From contig JBBQRQ010000036.1 in assembly GCA_038214755.1 (NCBI GenBank), positions 1 through 45,104 of the forward strand: DNA of 45,104 bases. Direction: 5' to 3'. The stretch's first letter is position 1, and the number at the start of each line of letters is the position of its first letter. The notes beneath the pieces are model-generated. The model was not told where the DNA came from. It did not search any database and saw only the letters and a list, made by a program, of their open reading frames with translations. The translations under genes were made by a program, and so were the position numbers. Shown here in pieces: positions 27,958-37,387 of this stretch. Origin of the DNA: Verrucomicrobiota bacterium. Lineage in GTDB: Bacteria > Verrucomicrobiota > Verrucomicrobiia > Limisphaerales > CANJXF01.

Positions 27958-29064
27958 CTAAGACAAACGCGCGGCAACGAACGCTCCTGAAACCAGATCG
28001 CGGGTGATGGACTGCACATCGGGACAACCGGCCAGCGCCATGGCTAAATCCAATTCCTGACGGAGCATTTCCAAAACAGTGCGGACGCCCGATTCGCCGC
28101 CGCAGGCCAAGCCCCACAAAACGGGACGACCGATTTGCACGGCGGTTGCGCCGAGAGCGAGCGCTTTTAAAATATCAAGGCCGCGCCGAATTCCTCCGTC
28201 GAGCAACACTGGAATTTTTCCGCCAATGGCCTCGACGATCCGCGGGAGAACTTCAATCGTCGCAGGCGCAGTGTCCATTTGCCGCGCGCCGTGATTGGAG
28301 ACGACTAAACCGGCGGCCCCATGTTGCAGCGAACGCTCGGCGTCATCAGGGCGGCAAATTCCTTTGAGGACGACGGGAAGTTTTGTCAGCGAACAAAGCC
28401 AATCGACATCTTTCCAGGTCGCGGAAGGATCAAGCATCCAGGTAAAAGCCTGACCCATGCCCGCGCCGGTTTGACCGATGACTTCGCCGCTCGCATTGGA
28501 GGGAATTAAATTGATCGCGCTCAAGCCTTCTGGGAGATGAAAAGAATTCCGCACGTCACGCTCGCGCCTGCCCCACTCTGGCGTATCGACCGTGAGCATA
28601 AGAATTTTACAACCGGATTTCTCGACTCGCGCCACGAGGTCGCGGGTGAAGCCGCGATCTTTGTTGATATAAAGTTGAAACCAAACCGGTGCGGTGGCGG
28701 CCGCCAAAACGTCTTCGACAGGCGTCGTGGAAAGACTGCTGAGCACCATTGGAATTCCCGCGTCGCCCGCGGCGCGAACGGTGGCGAGTTCTCCATCGGG
28801 ATGAGCCAGACAATGAAACGCGGTGGGCGCAATAAGCAGAGGCATCGACAGCGTTTGACCAAAAAGTGTCGTCGAAAGATTTCGCCGGCTCACGTCAATC
28901 AGGACGCGATAGTGGATAAGAATTTCATTGTACGCTTCACGGTTTCGTTTGAGTGTGACCTCATCCCATGCGCCGCTGGAAAAATAATCGTAAGCGAGAG
29001 GCGGGAGTTTTTCCTTCGCCAATTGTTCGACTTCAAAAAGGTTGAGCGGTTCCATCGCGGTCAT
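27958..29064 (-). CDS. FMN-dependent alpha-hydroxy-acid oxidase/dehydrogenase
   Basis: APTA, WFQLY, LTVDTP, VSNHGARQMD, DGGIRRG.D, IGRP. Confidence 0.93.
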   Translation of the reverse strand: MTAMEPLNLFEVEQLAKEKLPPLAYDYFSSGAWDEVTLKRNREAYNEILIHYRVLIDVSRRNLSTTLFGQTLSMPLLIAPTAFHCLAHPDGELATVRAAGDAGIPMVLSSLSTTPVEDVLAAATAPVWFQLYINKDRGFTRDLVARVEKSGCKILMLTVDTPEWGRRERDVRNSFHLPEGLSAINLIPSNASGEVIGQTGAGMGQAFTWMLDPSATWKDVDWLCSLTKLPVVLKGICRPDDAERSLQHGAAGLVVSNHGARQMDTAPATIEVLPRIVEAIGGKIPVLLDGGIRRGLDILKALALGATAVQIGRPVLWGLACGGESGVRTVLEMLRQELDLAMALAGCPDVQSITRDLVSGAFVAARLS

Positions 29065-29990
29065 TTGCTGACAGCCAATTTTTTCATCCGCTTCAAAAGC
29101 ATTGGCACCTCAGTCCATGGGTCTTCCTTTTCCTCAAACTCCAATGCGACGTAGCCCTGATAATTCGCGTCGCGCAAAATTTCAAACAGCCGTTTGAGAT
29201 CCGCAGGCTTTCGGACATTTTCGTCCTCTGTCCGCATGGCGGCTTTCATTTGCACATTGACGGCGTAGGGAGCGCATCGGGCTAAATCCGCGTAGGGATC
29301 GGCGGTGTGAAAATTTCCTGTATCAAGATTTATTCCGAGCCATGGACTTTTCACCGCTTTGACGATCTCCAAAAGTCCATCAGCCTCGGCGACAATTCCG
29401 CCGTGATTTTCCAGACCGAGAAAAATTCCTTTTGTGCCAGCGTAATCGCAAACTTCTTCCAGCGAAGTGATGCACATTTTGCGCGCTTCGGAGTCGGTCA
29501 AACCTTTCGCAGCGGATCCGGCAAAAACACGAATGTGCGGCGCGCCCATAACGGCGGCGTGATCAATCCACTTCTTCACTGAGTTGATTTGCTCGGTGAG
29601 TTTTTCGCCTTTGGGCAGCGCAAAATTATTTCCGCAAGCCGTGCCGCTGACTTCGACGCCGCGAAGAAAACAATGTCGGCGGATTTTAATGAGGTATTCG
29701 GTCGTGATCGGTTGCGGAAAATAATAACTGGTCAATTCCGTTCCTTGACAACCCTGCTCCGCGCAAAAATCGATGAACTGGAACAGATCAATTTTTTTGG
29801 CCGGGTCTTTGGATTTGAAGAAATCGCGAAAAGAATACGCGGCCAGACTGATCAGAAAACGCGGTTTGCCGGCGCGCTGGAAAGGCTCCACGGCGCGGGC
29901 GAAATTTTCCAGCAAGCCCATTCCGGCAAAACTCAAACCCGTTTGAATCGAAGAATTGAGAAAATTACGGCGGGAAATTTTTGAGTGCAT
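29061..29990 (-). CDS. Tat-exported sugar phosphate isomerase/epimerase (xylose isomerase-like TIM barrel)
   Basis: SRRNFL Tat motif; IRVFAG, LENHGG, NLDTGNF, YQGYVALEFE. Confidence 0.88.
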   Translation of the reverse strand: MHSKISRRNFLNSSIQTGLSFAGMGLLENFARAVEPFQRAGKPRFLISLAAYSFRDFFKSKDPAKKIDLFQFIDFCAEQGCQGTELTSYYFPQPITTEYLIKIRRHCFLRGVEVSGTACGNNFALPKGEKLTEQINSVKKWIDHAAVMGAPHIRVFAGSAAKGLTDSEARKMCITSLEEVCDYAGTKGIFLGLENHGGIVAEADGLLEIVKAVKSPWLGINLDTGNFHTADPYADLARCAPYAVNVQMKAAMRTEDENVRKPADLKRLFEILRDANYQGYVALEFEEKEDPWTEVPMLLKRMKKLAVSK

Positions 29991-30082
29991 CCGTCGTGTT
30001 GATAACCATTATTTTTTTGAAAGCAAAGCGAAGAAGGAGTTGGATGTGATTAAAAGGGGGTGAGGTTGGAACCGATCTGATT

Positions 30083-30207
30083 TTGGACTGCGGGGACACG
30101 TCGCCGCTTTGGCTGCACGGTGGAAAAGCCGGGAAAGTTCTTCGTTTTGAGCACTTCCTTCATCGCGAAACGTGCAGGAAAAGCGGCGTCATGCCGCCGC
30201 AGTCCAA
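30083..30207. repeat. REP-like element (ttgga.tgcg family)
   Basis: ttggactgcgg...gccgcttt and aaagcggc...ccgcagtccaa; related to the inner element at 13455-13554. Confidence 0.75.
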
Positions 30208-30342
30208 GGAAACCAAACCCAGCCTCACCCGTTTTTAATCACACCCGAAGGAGATCGGTTTTGAAACTTGCAATCACTTTTTCGGTGACTATCTTCGACG
30301 CTCCGCTGCCGGACAAACCGCAGCGAAAAATTCATTTCAATT

Positions 30343-30900
30343 ATGGCATCAGCAAACGATTTACGAAAAGGAATGGCGATCAATTATAACGGAGACATCG
30401 CCGTGGTTTTGGACACGCAACATCGCACGCCGGGAAACCTGCGCGCGTTTGTGCAGGCGACCATTCGCAGCATTCGCACCGGAAAATCTTCCGACGTGCG
30501 CTTCGGCTCCACCGAGAAAATTGAAGTGGTTCCTATGATGACCCGTAAAATGGAATTCAGTTACAAGGACGGAGAGGATTTTGTTTTTTCCGATCCGGAG
30601 ACTTACGAAACGGTCGCGATCAACGAAACTATTGTTGGGGACGTAAAAAATTTTCTGATCGAAAATGCGATGGTGACGGTGACGCTGGTTCAGGACAAGC
30701 CGGTGCAAATTGAATTGCCGTCAAGTGTCATTCTCACCGTGACCGATGCGCCGGATGGAGTTCGCGGCGACTCCGCCAACAACGTGCAAAAAGCAGTCAC
30801 GATGGAAACTGGCATCACGGTGCAAGCGCCGCTGTTTATCAAAACGGGTGAAAAAATAAAGATCGATACGCGCACGGGAAAATACATGGAGCGCGCCTAA
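30343..30900 (+). CDS. efp: Elongation factor P
   Basis: ANDLRKGM, HRTPGNLRAF loop, GVRGDSA, METGITVQAPLFIKTGEKIKIDTRTGKY. Confidence 0.97.
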   Translation: MASANDLRKGMAINYNGDIAVVLDTQHRTPGNLRAFVQATIRSIRTGKSSDVRFGSTEKIEVVPMMTRKMEFSYKDGEDFVFSDPETYETVAINETIVGDVKNFLIENAMVTVTLVQDKPVQIELPSSVILTVTDAPDGVRGDSANNVQKAVTMETGITVQAPLFIKTGEKIKIDTRTGKYMERA

Positions 30901-30913
30901 AAATTCCAAACGC

Positions 30914-31095
30914 CGGGTAGCATCTGCCTCCGGCGGGTGCGAAACTTCTTCCTTCAAAACCTTCTGCGTGACTTCGGTGTTCGATGTTCAGTGTTCGACG
31001 TTCGATATTAAAATTCCAAAAACATCGAACATCCAACGCTCAACATCGAACATCGAAAGAATGAATTCGCACCCGCCGGAGGCAGATGCTACCCG
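30914..31095. repeat. GTAG REP element enclosing inverted heptamer arrays
   Basis: Perfect 30-bp arms cgggtagcatctgcctccggcgggtgcgaa; internal ttcgatg-type x5 and aacatcg-type x5; followed by attcacg/attcaacg repeats (~31101-31135). Confidence 0.9.
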
Positions 31096-31160
31096 CGTTC
31101 ATTCACGATTCAACGATTCACGATTCAACGATTGATTCCCCATTCACATGGCCCGAGCTT

Positions 31161-31189
31161 TTGACAATTTTTCTCCGCCCCGCTAGCCT
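31161..31189 (+). promoter_or_regulatory. Sigma70 promoter, leaderless, for the HIT gene
   Basis: TTGACA-17-TAGCCT, 6 nt before ATG 31196. Confidence 0.75.
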
Positions 31190-31195
31190 GCACTC

Positions 31196-31687
31196 ATGGA
31201 ATCACTGCACGCGCCCTGGCGAATCAAATACATCCTCGCGCCGAAATTTTCAGAGGAAGAATCGTTGTTTACCCGCCTCGCGCAATCGAGTGATGACGAA
31301 GAAAATTACGTCATCGCGCGCGACCGGACTTGTTACGCCTTGCTCAATCGCTTCCCTTACACGGGCGGGCATCTGCTCGTGGTTCCCTACAAAGAGACGG
31401 CCGATTTCAACGGGTTGACCGACGGCGAAATGCTCGACGTGATGAAGCTGACGCGCCGCTGTCAAAACGCGCTGACCAAAATCATGCAGCCCGATGGATT
31501 CAACCTAGGCATAAATCTCGGCAAAGTTGCGGGCGCGGGAATCCTGGACCATTTGCACATCCACATCGTGCCGCGCTGGAATGGCGACACGAATTTCATG
31601 CCGGTGATTGCGAGCACGACGGTGCTGCCGGAAGCGTTAAAGGATCTCGCGGCAAAACTGCGCGCGGAATTGGCTCTCGGCAAATGA
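31196..31687 (+). CDS. HIT-family hydrolase (Ap4A phosphorylase-like)
   Basis: LHAPWR, NRFPY..GHLLVVP, GINLG..AGAG, HLHIHIVPRW. Confidence 0.93.
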   Translation: MESLHAPWRIKYILAPKFSEEESLFTRLAQSSDDEENYVIARDRTCYALLNRFPYTGGHLLVVPYKETADFNGLTDGEMLDVMKLTRRCQNALTKIMQPDGFNLGINLGKVAGAGILDHLHIHIVPRWNGDTNFMPVIASTTVLPEALKDLAAKLRAELALGK

Positions 31688-31762
31688 ACTCGTCATTCGT
31701 AAATCGTAAATCGTAATTCCAATAGTTTTGCCAAGCGTCTTCCACTCAACTAATTTTCCCCT

Positions 31763-31996
31763 ATGAACTCTTTGCTTGATCGCATCACCATCGACCCGGA
31801 CATTTGTCACGGCAAACCCGTCATCCGACGCTTGCGCTATCCGGTGGAATCGATTTTGGAATATCTGGCGGCAGGAGATTCGTTCGATGAAGTGCTGGCC
31901 GAATTTCCAGATTTGGAGCGGGAGGATTTACTGGCGTGCCTGGAATTCGCGGCGCACTCACTCAAAGTGAAAAGTCAGCATCTTGTTTTGACATGA
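31763..31996 (+). CDS. DUF433 antitoxin
   Basis: RITIDPDICHGKPVIR.LRYPV...FPDLEREDLLACL; TTGCCA-17-TAATTT-6-ATG. Confidence 0.92.
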   Translation: MNSLLDRITIDPDICHGKPVIRRLRYPVESILEYLAAGDSFDEVLAEFPDLEREDLLACLEFAAHSLKVKSQHLVLT

Positions 31997-32346
31997 AGTT
32001 TCTGGTGGATGCGCACCTGCCACCGGGTTTGTGCCAATTATTGCAGGCCACCGGACACGACGCGCGACACACAATTCAACTTGCGGCGCAAAATCGGACT
32101 ACGGACACCGTCATCAACGCTTTGTCTATTTCAGAAGAACTGGTGGTGATTTCAAAAGACACAGATTTTTATTATTCGCATCTATTGCGGCGTGAGCCTT
32201 ACAAACTGGTGCTTGTGCGCACAGGAAATATCGGAGTGCGCGAGCTGCAAGAATTGTTCAGACGGAATCTGCCATCGATTGAACAAGCGTTGCAGAAATA
32301 TTCGTTGGTAGAAATCTATCGCGAGACAGTCCGGGTGATTGTTTAA
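31993..32346 (+). CDS. DUF5615 PIN-like toxin
   Basis: MKFLVDAHLP, TTD..I, VISKDTDF, RTGNI; ATGA overlap. Confidence 0.9.
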   Translation: MKFLVDAHLPPGLCQLLQATGHDARHTIQLAAQNRTTDTVINALSISEELVVISKDTDFYYSHLLRREPYKLVLVRTGNIGVRELQELFRRNLPSIEQALQKYSLVEIYRETVRVIV

Positions 32347-32357
32347 TTCGATTTTCT

Positions 32358-33320
32358 ATGGCTTCCGAAACTCTTCACTTTGAAAACGCGCGGCTGGCGC
32401 AACAGCTTTTCAACAACGACCCAAAAAATTTGCACACGCTCGAAGGCGAATTGAACGTCAAGGCCACCTCGCGGGAAGGCTGGATAAAACTCGACGGCGC
32501 CAACGACGACATCCAACGCGCCAAACAACTCTTTCAGTTGCTCGAAGGTTCAATTAAATCGGGCAGTCCCATTCGCAATCGCGAATTCACTCAAGCGTTG
32601 AACGTGGTGAAAAATGAAGGCGTGGATGCGCTCAAAAGTTTGTATTCAGAAAAGATCCAAACGTCCTCGAAGAAACCCGCCGTCACTCCAAAAACTCTCG
32701 GCCAAAAAAATTATGTCGAAGCCATTCGCAAACACGATGTCACTTTCGGAGTCGGGCCGGCGGGCACGGGCAAAACTTATCTGGCGATGGCCATGGCGGT
32801 GGAAGCATTGCGCGAGGAAAAGGTTTCGCGAATTATTTTGACGCGGCCTGCGGTCGAAGCCGGCGAGGCGCTCGGATTTCTGCCCGGCGATCTACTGGAA
32901 AAAATCACGCCGTATCTTCGCCCACTTTACGACGCGCTCCATGACATGATGCCCGTCGAAGAAATCCAAAAAAACATGGAGCGCGGTGTGATTGAAATCG
33001 CGCCGCTCGCTTACATGCGCGGGCGAACTTTGAATCACGCCTTTATTGTTTTGGACGAGGCGCAAAATTCCACTGCCGAGCAAATGTTCATGTTTCTCAC
33101 TCGCCTCGGCTTTGGTTCCAAAACGGTCATCACCGGCGACCCAACCCAAATCGATTTGGCGCCCCATAAAAAATCCGGGCTGGTCGAGGCGATCCACGCG
33201 CTCAAGCAGGTGGAGGGTATCGCGATTTCAGAATTCACGCGGCGCGATGTGGTGCGCCATCCGCTGGTGCAAAGAATTATCGGCGCCTACGAGGAGCATC
33301 GCGGCAAACGTGAGAAATAA
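32358..33320 (+). CDS. phoH: PhoH-family ATPase (YbeZ-like)
   Basis: GPAGTGKTYLA, RPAVEAGE.LGFLPG, APLAYMRGRT, DEAQN, DVVRHPLV. Confidence 0.95.
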   Translation: MASETLHFENARLAQQLFNNDPKNLHTLEGELNVKATSREGWIKLDGANDDIQRAKQLFQLLEGSIKSGSPIRNREFTQALNVVKNEGVDALKSLYSEKIQTSSKKPAVTPKTLGQKNYVEAIRKHDVTFGVGPAGTGKTYLAMAMAVEALREEKVSRIILTRPAVEAGEALGFLPGDLLEKITPYLRPLYDALHDMMPVEEIQKNMERGVIEIAPLAYMRGRTLNHAFIVLDEAQNSTAEQMFMFLTRLGFGSKTVITGDPTQIDLAPHKKSGLVEAIHALKQVEGIAISEFTRRDVVRHPLVQRIIGAYEEHRGKREK

Positions 33321-33322
33321 CC

Positions 33323-33946
33323 ATGCTGCTTTGTTTTCGCAATCGGCAGCAGACGCGCGCGGTGAACTTGCGTTTGCTCCGAAAAATAACCTTGTGCCTG
33401 GTCCAGGAAATTTTGCGCGAACCAGATTTTGAATTGTGCATTCATCTCGTCGCCGTCCGCGAAATGGCGAAGATCAACGAAACTTTTCTGCAACATCACG
33501 GCTCAACGGATGTGATCACGTTTGATTATTTGGACAAAAATGGCAGCGCGTGTTGCCCGGATGATAAGGAGCGCGGACAGCCTTGTCCGCGCCCACCCGA
33601 AGTGGTGAAAACGCCCGAATTTTTGTTCGTTTCAAAACGCGGGGACAAGGCTGTCCGCGCTCCGCTGGATTTGGACACCACGGCCAGCACATCGCATCCC
33701 GCTTTGCATGGCGAAATTTTTATTTGCATCGAGGATGCAGTGAAGCAAGCGCGAGAATTCGAGACGATGTGGCAATCGGAACTCGTTCGCTACATCGTCC
33801 ACGGAATTCTGCACCTGAAAGGTTTTGACGATTTGATTTTGGCCGAGCGGAAAAAAATGAAGCGCGAGGAGAATCGTTTGCTCAATCACCTTTCGCGGCG
33901 CTTTACCTTGAGCAGCCTCCGTCGCCCAATTAAAACATCAGCATGA
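33323..33946 (+). CDS. ybeY: rRNA maturation RNase YbeY with internal REP insertion
   Basis: TDVITF, GEIFIC, HGILHLKGFDD; ~50-aa insert between TDVITF and GEIFI. Confidence 0.9.
   Translation: MLLCFRNRQQTRAVNLRLLRKITLCLVQEILREPDFELCIHLVAVREMAKINETFLQHHGSTDVITFDYLDKNGSACCPDDKERGQPCPRPPEVVKTPEFLFVSKRGDKAVRAPLDLDTTASTSHPALHGEIFICIEDAVKQAREFETMWQSELVRYIVHGILHLKGFDDLILAERKKMKREENRLLNHLSRRFTLSSLRRPIKTSA
33568..33663. repeat. REP-like element (ggagcgcggac family), in-frame in ybeY
   Basis: ggagcgcggacagccttgtcc ... ggacaaggctgtccgcgctcc, 96 bp. Confidence 0.9.
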
Positions 33947-34635
33947 GCGAAGAAAATGTGTTCAGTCGCTGGCGCGCGAATTTCTTCACGGGGCTTGCCG
34001 TGGTTTTTCCGGCGATCATCTCCATTGCCGTGCTGGTTTGGCTTTTCGGCACCGTTTCAACTGTCACGGACACGCTGCTGTTTTTCCTGCCGAAAACCTG
34101 GACGCATAAAGACAACGGCGCTGGCCCGATGCATTGGTATTGGAGTGTCATCGCGCTGATTTTTGCCGTGGGGCTTATCACGTTGGTGGGGCGGTTTGCC
34201 CGGCATTATTTTGGAAAGAAACTCATTGAATTGACCGACCGCTTTTTATTGCGGGTTCCGTTGCTCAACAAAATTTATGGGACGATCAAACAGGTCAACG
34301 AAGCGTTCTCGAACAACAAATCTTCCTTCAAGCAAGTTGTGTTGGTGAAATTTCCCAACGCCGATTGTAATTCAATCGGGTTTGTCACCGGCGAGCAAAA
34401 ATTTATTCCGTCTCAAACCGGCGAGAAAATTTTTAGCGTCTTTATCCCGACGACGCCAAATCCTACTTCGGGGTTTCTCATTTTTGTCGCCGAAAGTCAG
34501 ATCATGAAACTGGACATGTCCGTTCCCGATGGAATCAAGCTCATCATCAGCGCCGGGTCCATTTCACCAGAGTTAATTATGCGAGGAACCCGCGTCAGGT
34601 CGGATGTCCCGTTTCCGAAACACACCGCTGACTAA
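33943..34635 (+). CDS. DUF502 membrane protein
   Basis: FFTGL..FP, RVPLLNKIY..IKQ, VFIPTTPNPTSGF. Confidence 0.9.
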   Translation: MSEENVFSRWRANFFTGLAVVFPAIISIAVLVWLFGTVSTVTDTLLFFLPKTWTHKDNGAGPMHWYWSVIALIFAVGLITLVGRFARHYFGKKLIELTDRFLLRVPLLNKIYGTIKQVNEAFSNNKSSFKQVVLVKFPNADCNSIGFVTGEQKFIPSQTGEKIFSVFIPTTPNPTSGFLIFVAESQIMKLDMSVPDGIKLIISAGSISPELIMRGTRVRSDVPFPKHTAD

Positions 34636-35270
34636 TGGAGGAACGGACTTCCGGTTTGATCTTGCGCGTTCGTCCTCTGACGGAAACCAGTTTGATTGTC
34701 CAGTGGCTCACGCCGGATTTGGGTCGGGTGGCCACGCTCGCAAAAGGCGCGCGCCGACCCAAATCTCCTTTTCGCGGCAAGCTCGATTTATTTTATCTGG
34801 CCGACTTCAGTTTTCTACGGAGCCGTCGGAGCGAGCTTCATATTTTGCGCGAAGTCGTTTTGCGCGAAACGCACAGCGCGCTCCGCCACGAACTCGGCTA
34901 TTTGCAACAAGCCAGTTATTGTTCCGCGCTGATCGAGCAAACCACCGAAACGGAAACTCCCCTGGGAAATATTTTTCAATTGCTGTCGGGTGTGCTCGCG
35001 CATTTGCCCTCGCAAGCGCCGCAGCCGAAAACCATTTTCGCGTTCGAAATGAAGCTGTTGAACGAACTCGGCTTAAAACCCGATTTCGCAGGAGCAAAAT
35101 TAAGCGCCGGTTCAAAACAAATTCTACGGAGGCTCCTCGAACTCGGCTGGCCGGAATTAGCGCGGTTGAAATTGAGTGAAGTTCAACTTGCGGAAATTCG
35201 GCAATTCCTGGAGGGCTTTCTGATTTTTCATTTGGGAAAATTTCCGAAAGGAAGATTTTCGATTCAATAA
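34635..35270 (+). CDS. recO: DNA repair protein RecO
   Basis: GLILRVRPLTETSLIV..LT...G...LAKGARRPKS.F.GKLDLF; phoH-ybeY-recO context. Confidence 0.9.
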   Translation: MEERTSGLILRVRPLTETSLIVQWLTPDLGRVATLAKGARRPKSPFRGKLDLFYLADFSFLRSRRSELHILREVVLRETHSALRHELGYLQQASYCSALIEQTTETETPLGNIFQLLSGVLAHLPSQAPQPKTIFAFEMKLLNELGLKPDFAGAKLSAGSKQILRRLLELGWPELARLKLSEVQLAEIRQFLEGFLIFHLGKFPKGRFSIQ

Positions 35271-35587
35271 TTTCGCAGACGGAAACACTCAATAAGTTTT
35301 CGGCTGATTTGAATTTGACGTTCCGGGATGACAAAACCTCTGCGTTCCAGAAAACGGTCGCGCTCCAACAAGTGAATCAAATCGCAACGAACCGCCGACT
35401 CCCAATCCAATCCGTCCGCTTGATCCAGCAAAACCTCGTGGAGACTGAGCGGCCTGCCGCGCAAGCTGACGCACAAAAGTCCGTTGACGTTCTTGCGCGT
35501 CGCCGCGCGTTCGTCGATGGAAAGGATGACCACGGGATGGGGTTGCTCCTCGGTGAACGGGAAGAGGAAAATGTCCCACTGCTTCAT
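35264..35587 (-). CDS. PemK/MazF-family toxin
   Basis: MKQWDIFLFPF...HPVVILS, EVLLD..DGL...S.VRCD.I; coupled to the upstream small gene. Confidence 0.8.
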   Translation of the reverse strand: MKQWDIFLFPFTEEQPHPVVILSIDERAATRKNVNGLLCVSLRGRPLSLHEVLLDQADGLDWESAVRCDLIHLLERDRFLERRGFVIPERQIQISRKLIECFRLRNY

Positions 35588-35811
35588 TCCTCGAGCGTGG
35601 GTTTCGAGTCGCGGCAGATGCGTTCTTCAAACGCGGCGTCCTCCGCGTCGCGGTAGCACTCCGCAAAATATCCAGGTGGACGCAGCGGAACTTCCTGCAC
35701 CAGACGCACCATTTCTCCTCCGACTTTGATCGCGACTTCCTCCCCTTTCAAGGCCTTGCGCACTGCATCAGGCAAATTCCGTTGCGCTTCGTCCAATGTC
35801 AGGGCTGTCAT
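35584..35811 (-). CDS. Antitoxin (Phd/YefM-like N-terminus)
   Basis: LTLDEAQRNLPDAVRKALKGEEVAI; ATGA overlap with toxin; TTGCCT-17-TAGGGT-7-ATG. Confidence 0.78.
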   Translation of the reverse strand: MTALTLDEAQRNLPDAVRKALKGEEVAIKVGGEMVRLVQEVPLRPPGYFAECYRDAEDAAFEERICRDSKPTLEE

Positions 35812-35899
35812 GAAATAAACCCTACGGTCTGAAACGGGTTCAGGCAAGATCACAAAGCCCGCCGTAGGGCAGAGAGTGTTGCGGCTAATTTTAATCAAA

Positions 35900-35939
35900 C
35901 AAAAAGCGCAAAGTCATCCGAGAGGCTTTGCGCTTTTTG
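35900..35939. terminator. Intrinsic (bidirectional) terminator after the CHRD gene
   Basis: caaaaagcgcaaag...ctttgcgctttttg stem with A/T tails. Confidence 0.85.
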
Positions 35940-35956
35940 ATACGAACGGGAACGAT

Positions 35957-36562
35957 CTAAGAATTTTCCCCGCGTCTGTTGCGTCTCCAGATTCCTGTTG
36001 CCAGGCCGACCGCGCTCAACCCCATCAGAGCGAGACTCGATGGTTCAGGCACGGGCACAAGAAATCCGCGAATCTCACCTCCGGGAAATGCTCCGGAATG
36101 AAGATTGAGATAAGACGTGCCTCCCGTCAGAGCAGAGGCCAATGCTGATTCTGCGCCGGACGTTGTTCCGCCGTTAGCGGTGATATAAGGCGTGTTCCAG
36201 CTATTGGAGGAAGTCAGGTCCAATGTATTCGAGTACGAACCGCTGAAGACGCTACTCGGAAAGCCAGCGAAAGTTGGGGTCGTTGTCGCCACGCCAGCCA
36301 TTCCGCTGAAAGGGATGGCAGTTGGAGCATGGATGTGAGCAGACGTTACTCCGGTGCCACTGTTGGTTAATCCGCTGAAGGTCACTTGCACCTGAAGGGA
36401 ATGAGTAACGTTGTTGTAATTCACCGATGCGCTCCCCGTTCCCGGCGATGTGTTCACTGGAATTTCATTCGCCCCATTGAGAACCGCGGAATATTGAAAT
36501 ACTGTCGCTTGCGCTGATACCACGCCGCAGGCAGTTAAAACGGAAAGAAGGATTTTTTTCAT
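35957..36562 (-). CDS. CHRD-domain PEP-CTERM protein
   Basis: Signal peptide; LNGANE.P, AHIH, YLNLHS.AFPGGEIRG; VPEPSS + TM + RRNRR tail. Confidence 0.92.
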   Translation of the reverse strand: MKKILLSVLTACGVVSAQATVFQYSAVLNGANEIPVNTSPGTGSASVNYNNVTHSLQVQVTFSGLTNSGTGVTSAHIHAPTAIPFSGMAGVATTTPTFAGFPSSVFSGSYSNTLDLTSSNSWNTPYITANGGTTSGAESALASALTGGTSYLNLHSGAFPGGEIRGFLVPVPEPSSLALMGLSAVGLATGIWRRNRRGENS

Positions 36563-36695
36563 AATCTGCTTTTTGGTTTTACTTGGATTTGGTTTGTTGG
36601 ACTGATCCCGCCCCCCTGTGATGAACGATTTTTGGATTTGTTCCAGCTTTTTCTTTAAATTTTTTTTTGCGGGATTCATGCGCGCGAAAACTGAA

Positions 36696-36766
36696 GTGGC
36701 CGCCGACGTAAGGAAGGCGGATTAGTCGGATGCAAAAAAAATCCACCTCCTCAGGTCGGTGGCTAC
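36696..36766. repeat. Degenerate GTAG REP element (family of 26423 and 37927)
   Basis: gtggccgccgacgtaaggaaggcggat ... atccacctcctcaggtcggtggctac. Confidence 0.8.
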
Positions 36767-36815
36767 GAGGTATCGGGTGAAATTGTGGGGAGCAACGAAT
36801 GCCGCTTCGGCTTCT

Positions 36816-37040
36816 TCAAGCCTTCGACGGCGGAGTCGCCGGTTTGTCCTGCGCCCGCAACCGGAGGAAGCAAGCGCGTTGAGCCTCACGCCGGAATTCC
36901 GCGAAAGGAATTCCCATCCCGTAACGCGCATGAAGATCAGACAACAGATCAAAATATTCCTGTTGGCAACGCTTCCACCCCTTGCTCAACGGATCGAGAT
37001 GATTGGCGAAGCGATCGTAAAGCACAGAAAGCCGCGCCAA
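36816..37040 (-). CDS. Small hypothetical protein, second gene of a two-gene module (start uncertain)
   Basis: The open frame extends upstream into the previous gene (LRLIPAEELARLSVLYDRF); protein-like composition. Confidence 0.55.
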   Translation of the reverse strand: MARLSVLYDRFANHLDPLSKGWKRCQQEYFDLLSDLHARYGMGIPFAEFRREAQRACFLRLRAQDKPATPPSKA

Positions 37041-37054
37041 TTCCTCCGCCGGAA

Positions 37055-37387
37055 TCAGGCGTAGAGGGCCAGCATCTCGGACGCGGCATGGCGAATCTCA
37101 AGGATGCGATCGAGCGAGGGATGCACACCGGGACGCCGCGAGGCCAGGCTTTGAACGCAGCTTGCAGCGCGATCAATCACGTCGAGGGTTTCGCGCCAGA
37201 GGGCTGCGGCGCGGTCCATTTCCTGTTCGCAACGGACCGCCAGGACAGCAAAGCGGTAGATGGAAATCAAAAAGTTTTCGATTTCCGTCAATTGGGAATC
37301 AAACTCTCCTTCGGTCGTGCGGCTGAGTTGGGTCAGCGCCTCTTCATTGGCGCTCCGCAATTCCGACAACTCCAAAGTCAACGTCAT
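37055..37387 (-). CDS. Small alpha-helical hypothetical protein, first gene of a two-gene module
   Basis: 110-aa ORF with ATGA overlap to ispG stop; TTGACA-17-AATGTT-6-ATG upstream. Confidence 0.7.
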   Translation of the reverse strand: MTLTLELSELRSANEEALTQLSRTTEGEFDSQLTEIENFLISIYRFAVLAVRCEQEMDRAAALWRETLDVIDRAASCVQSLASRRPGVHPSLDRILEIRHAASEMLALYA

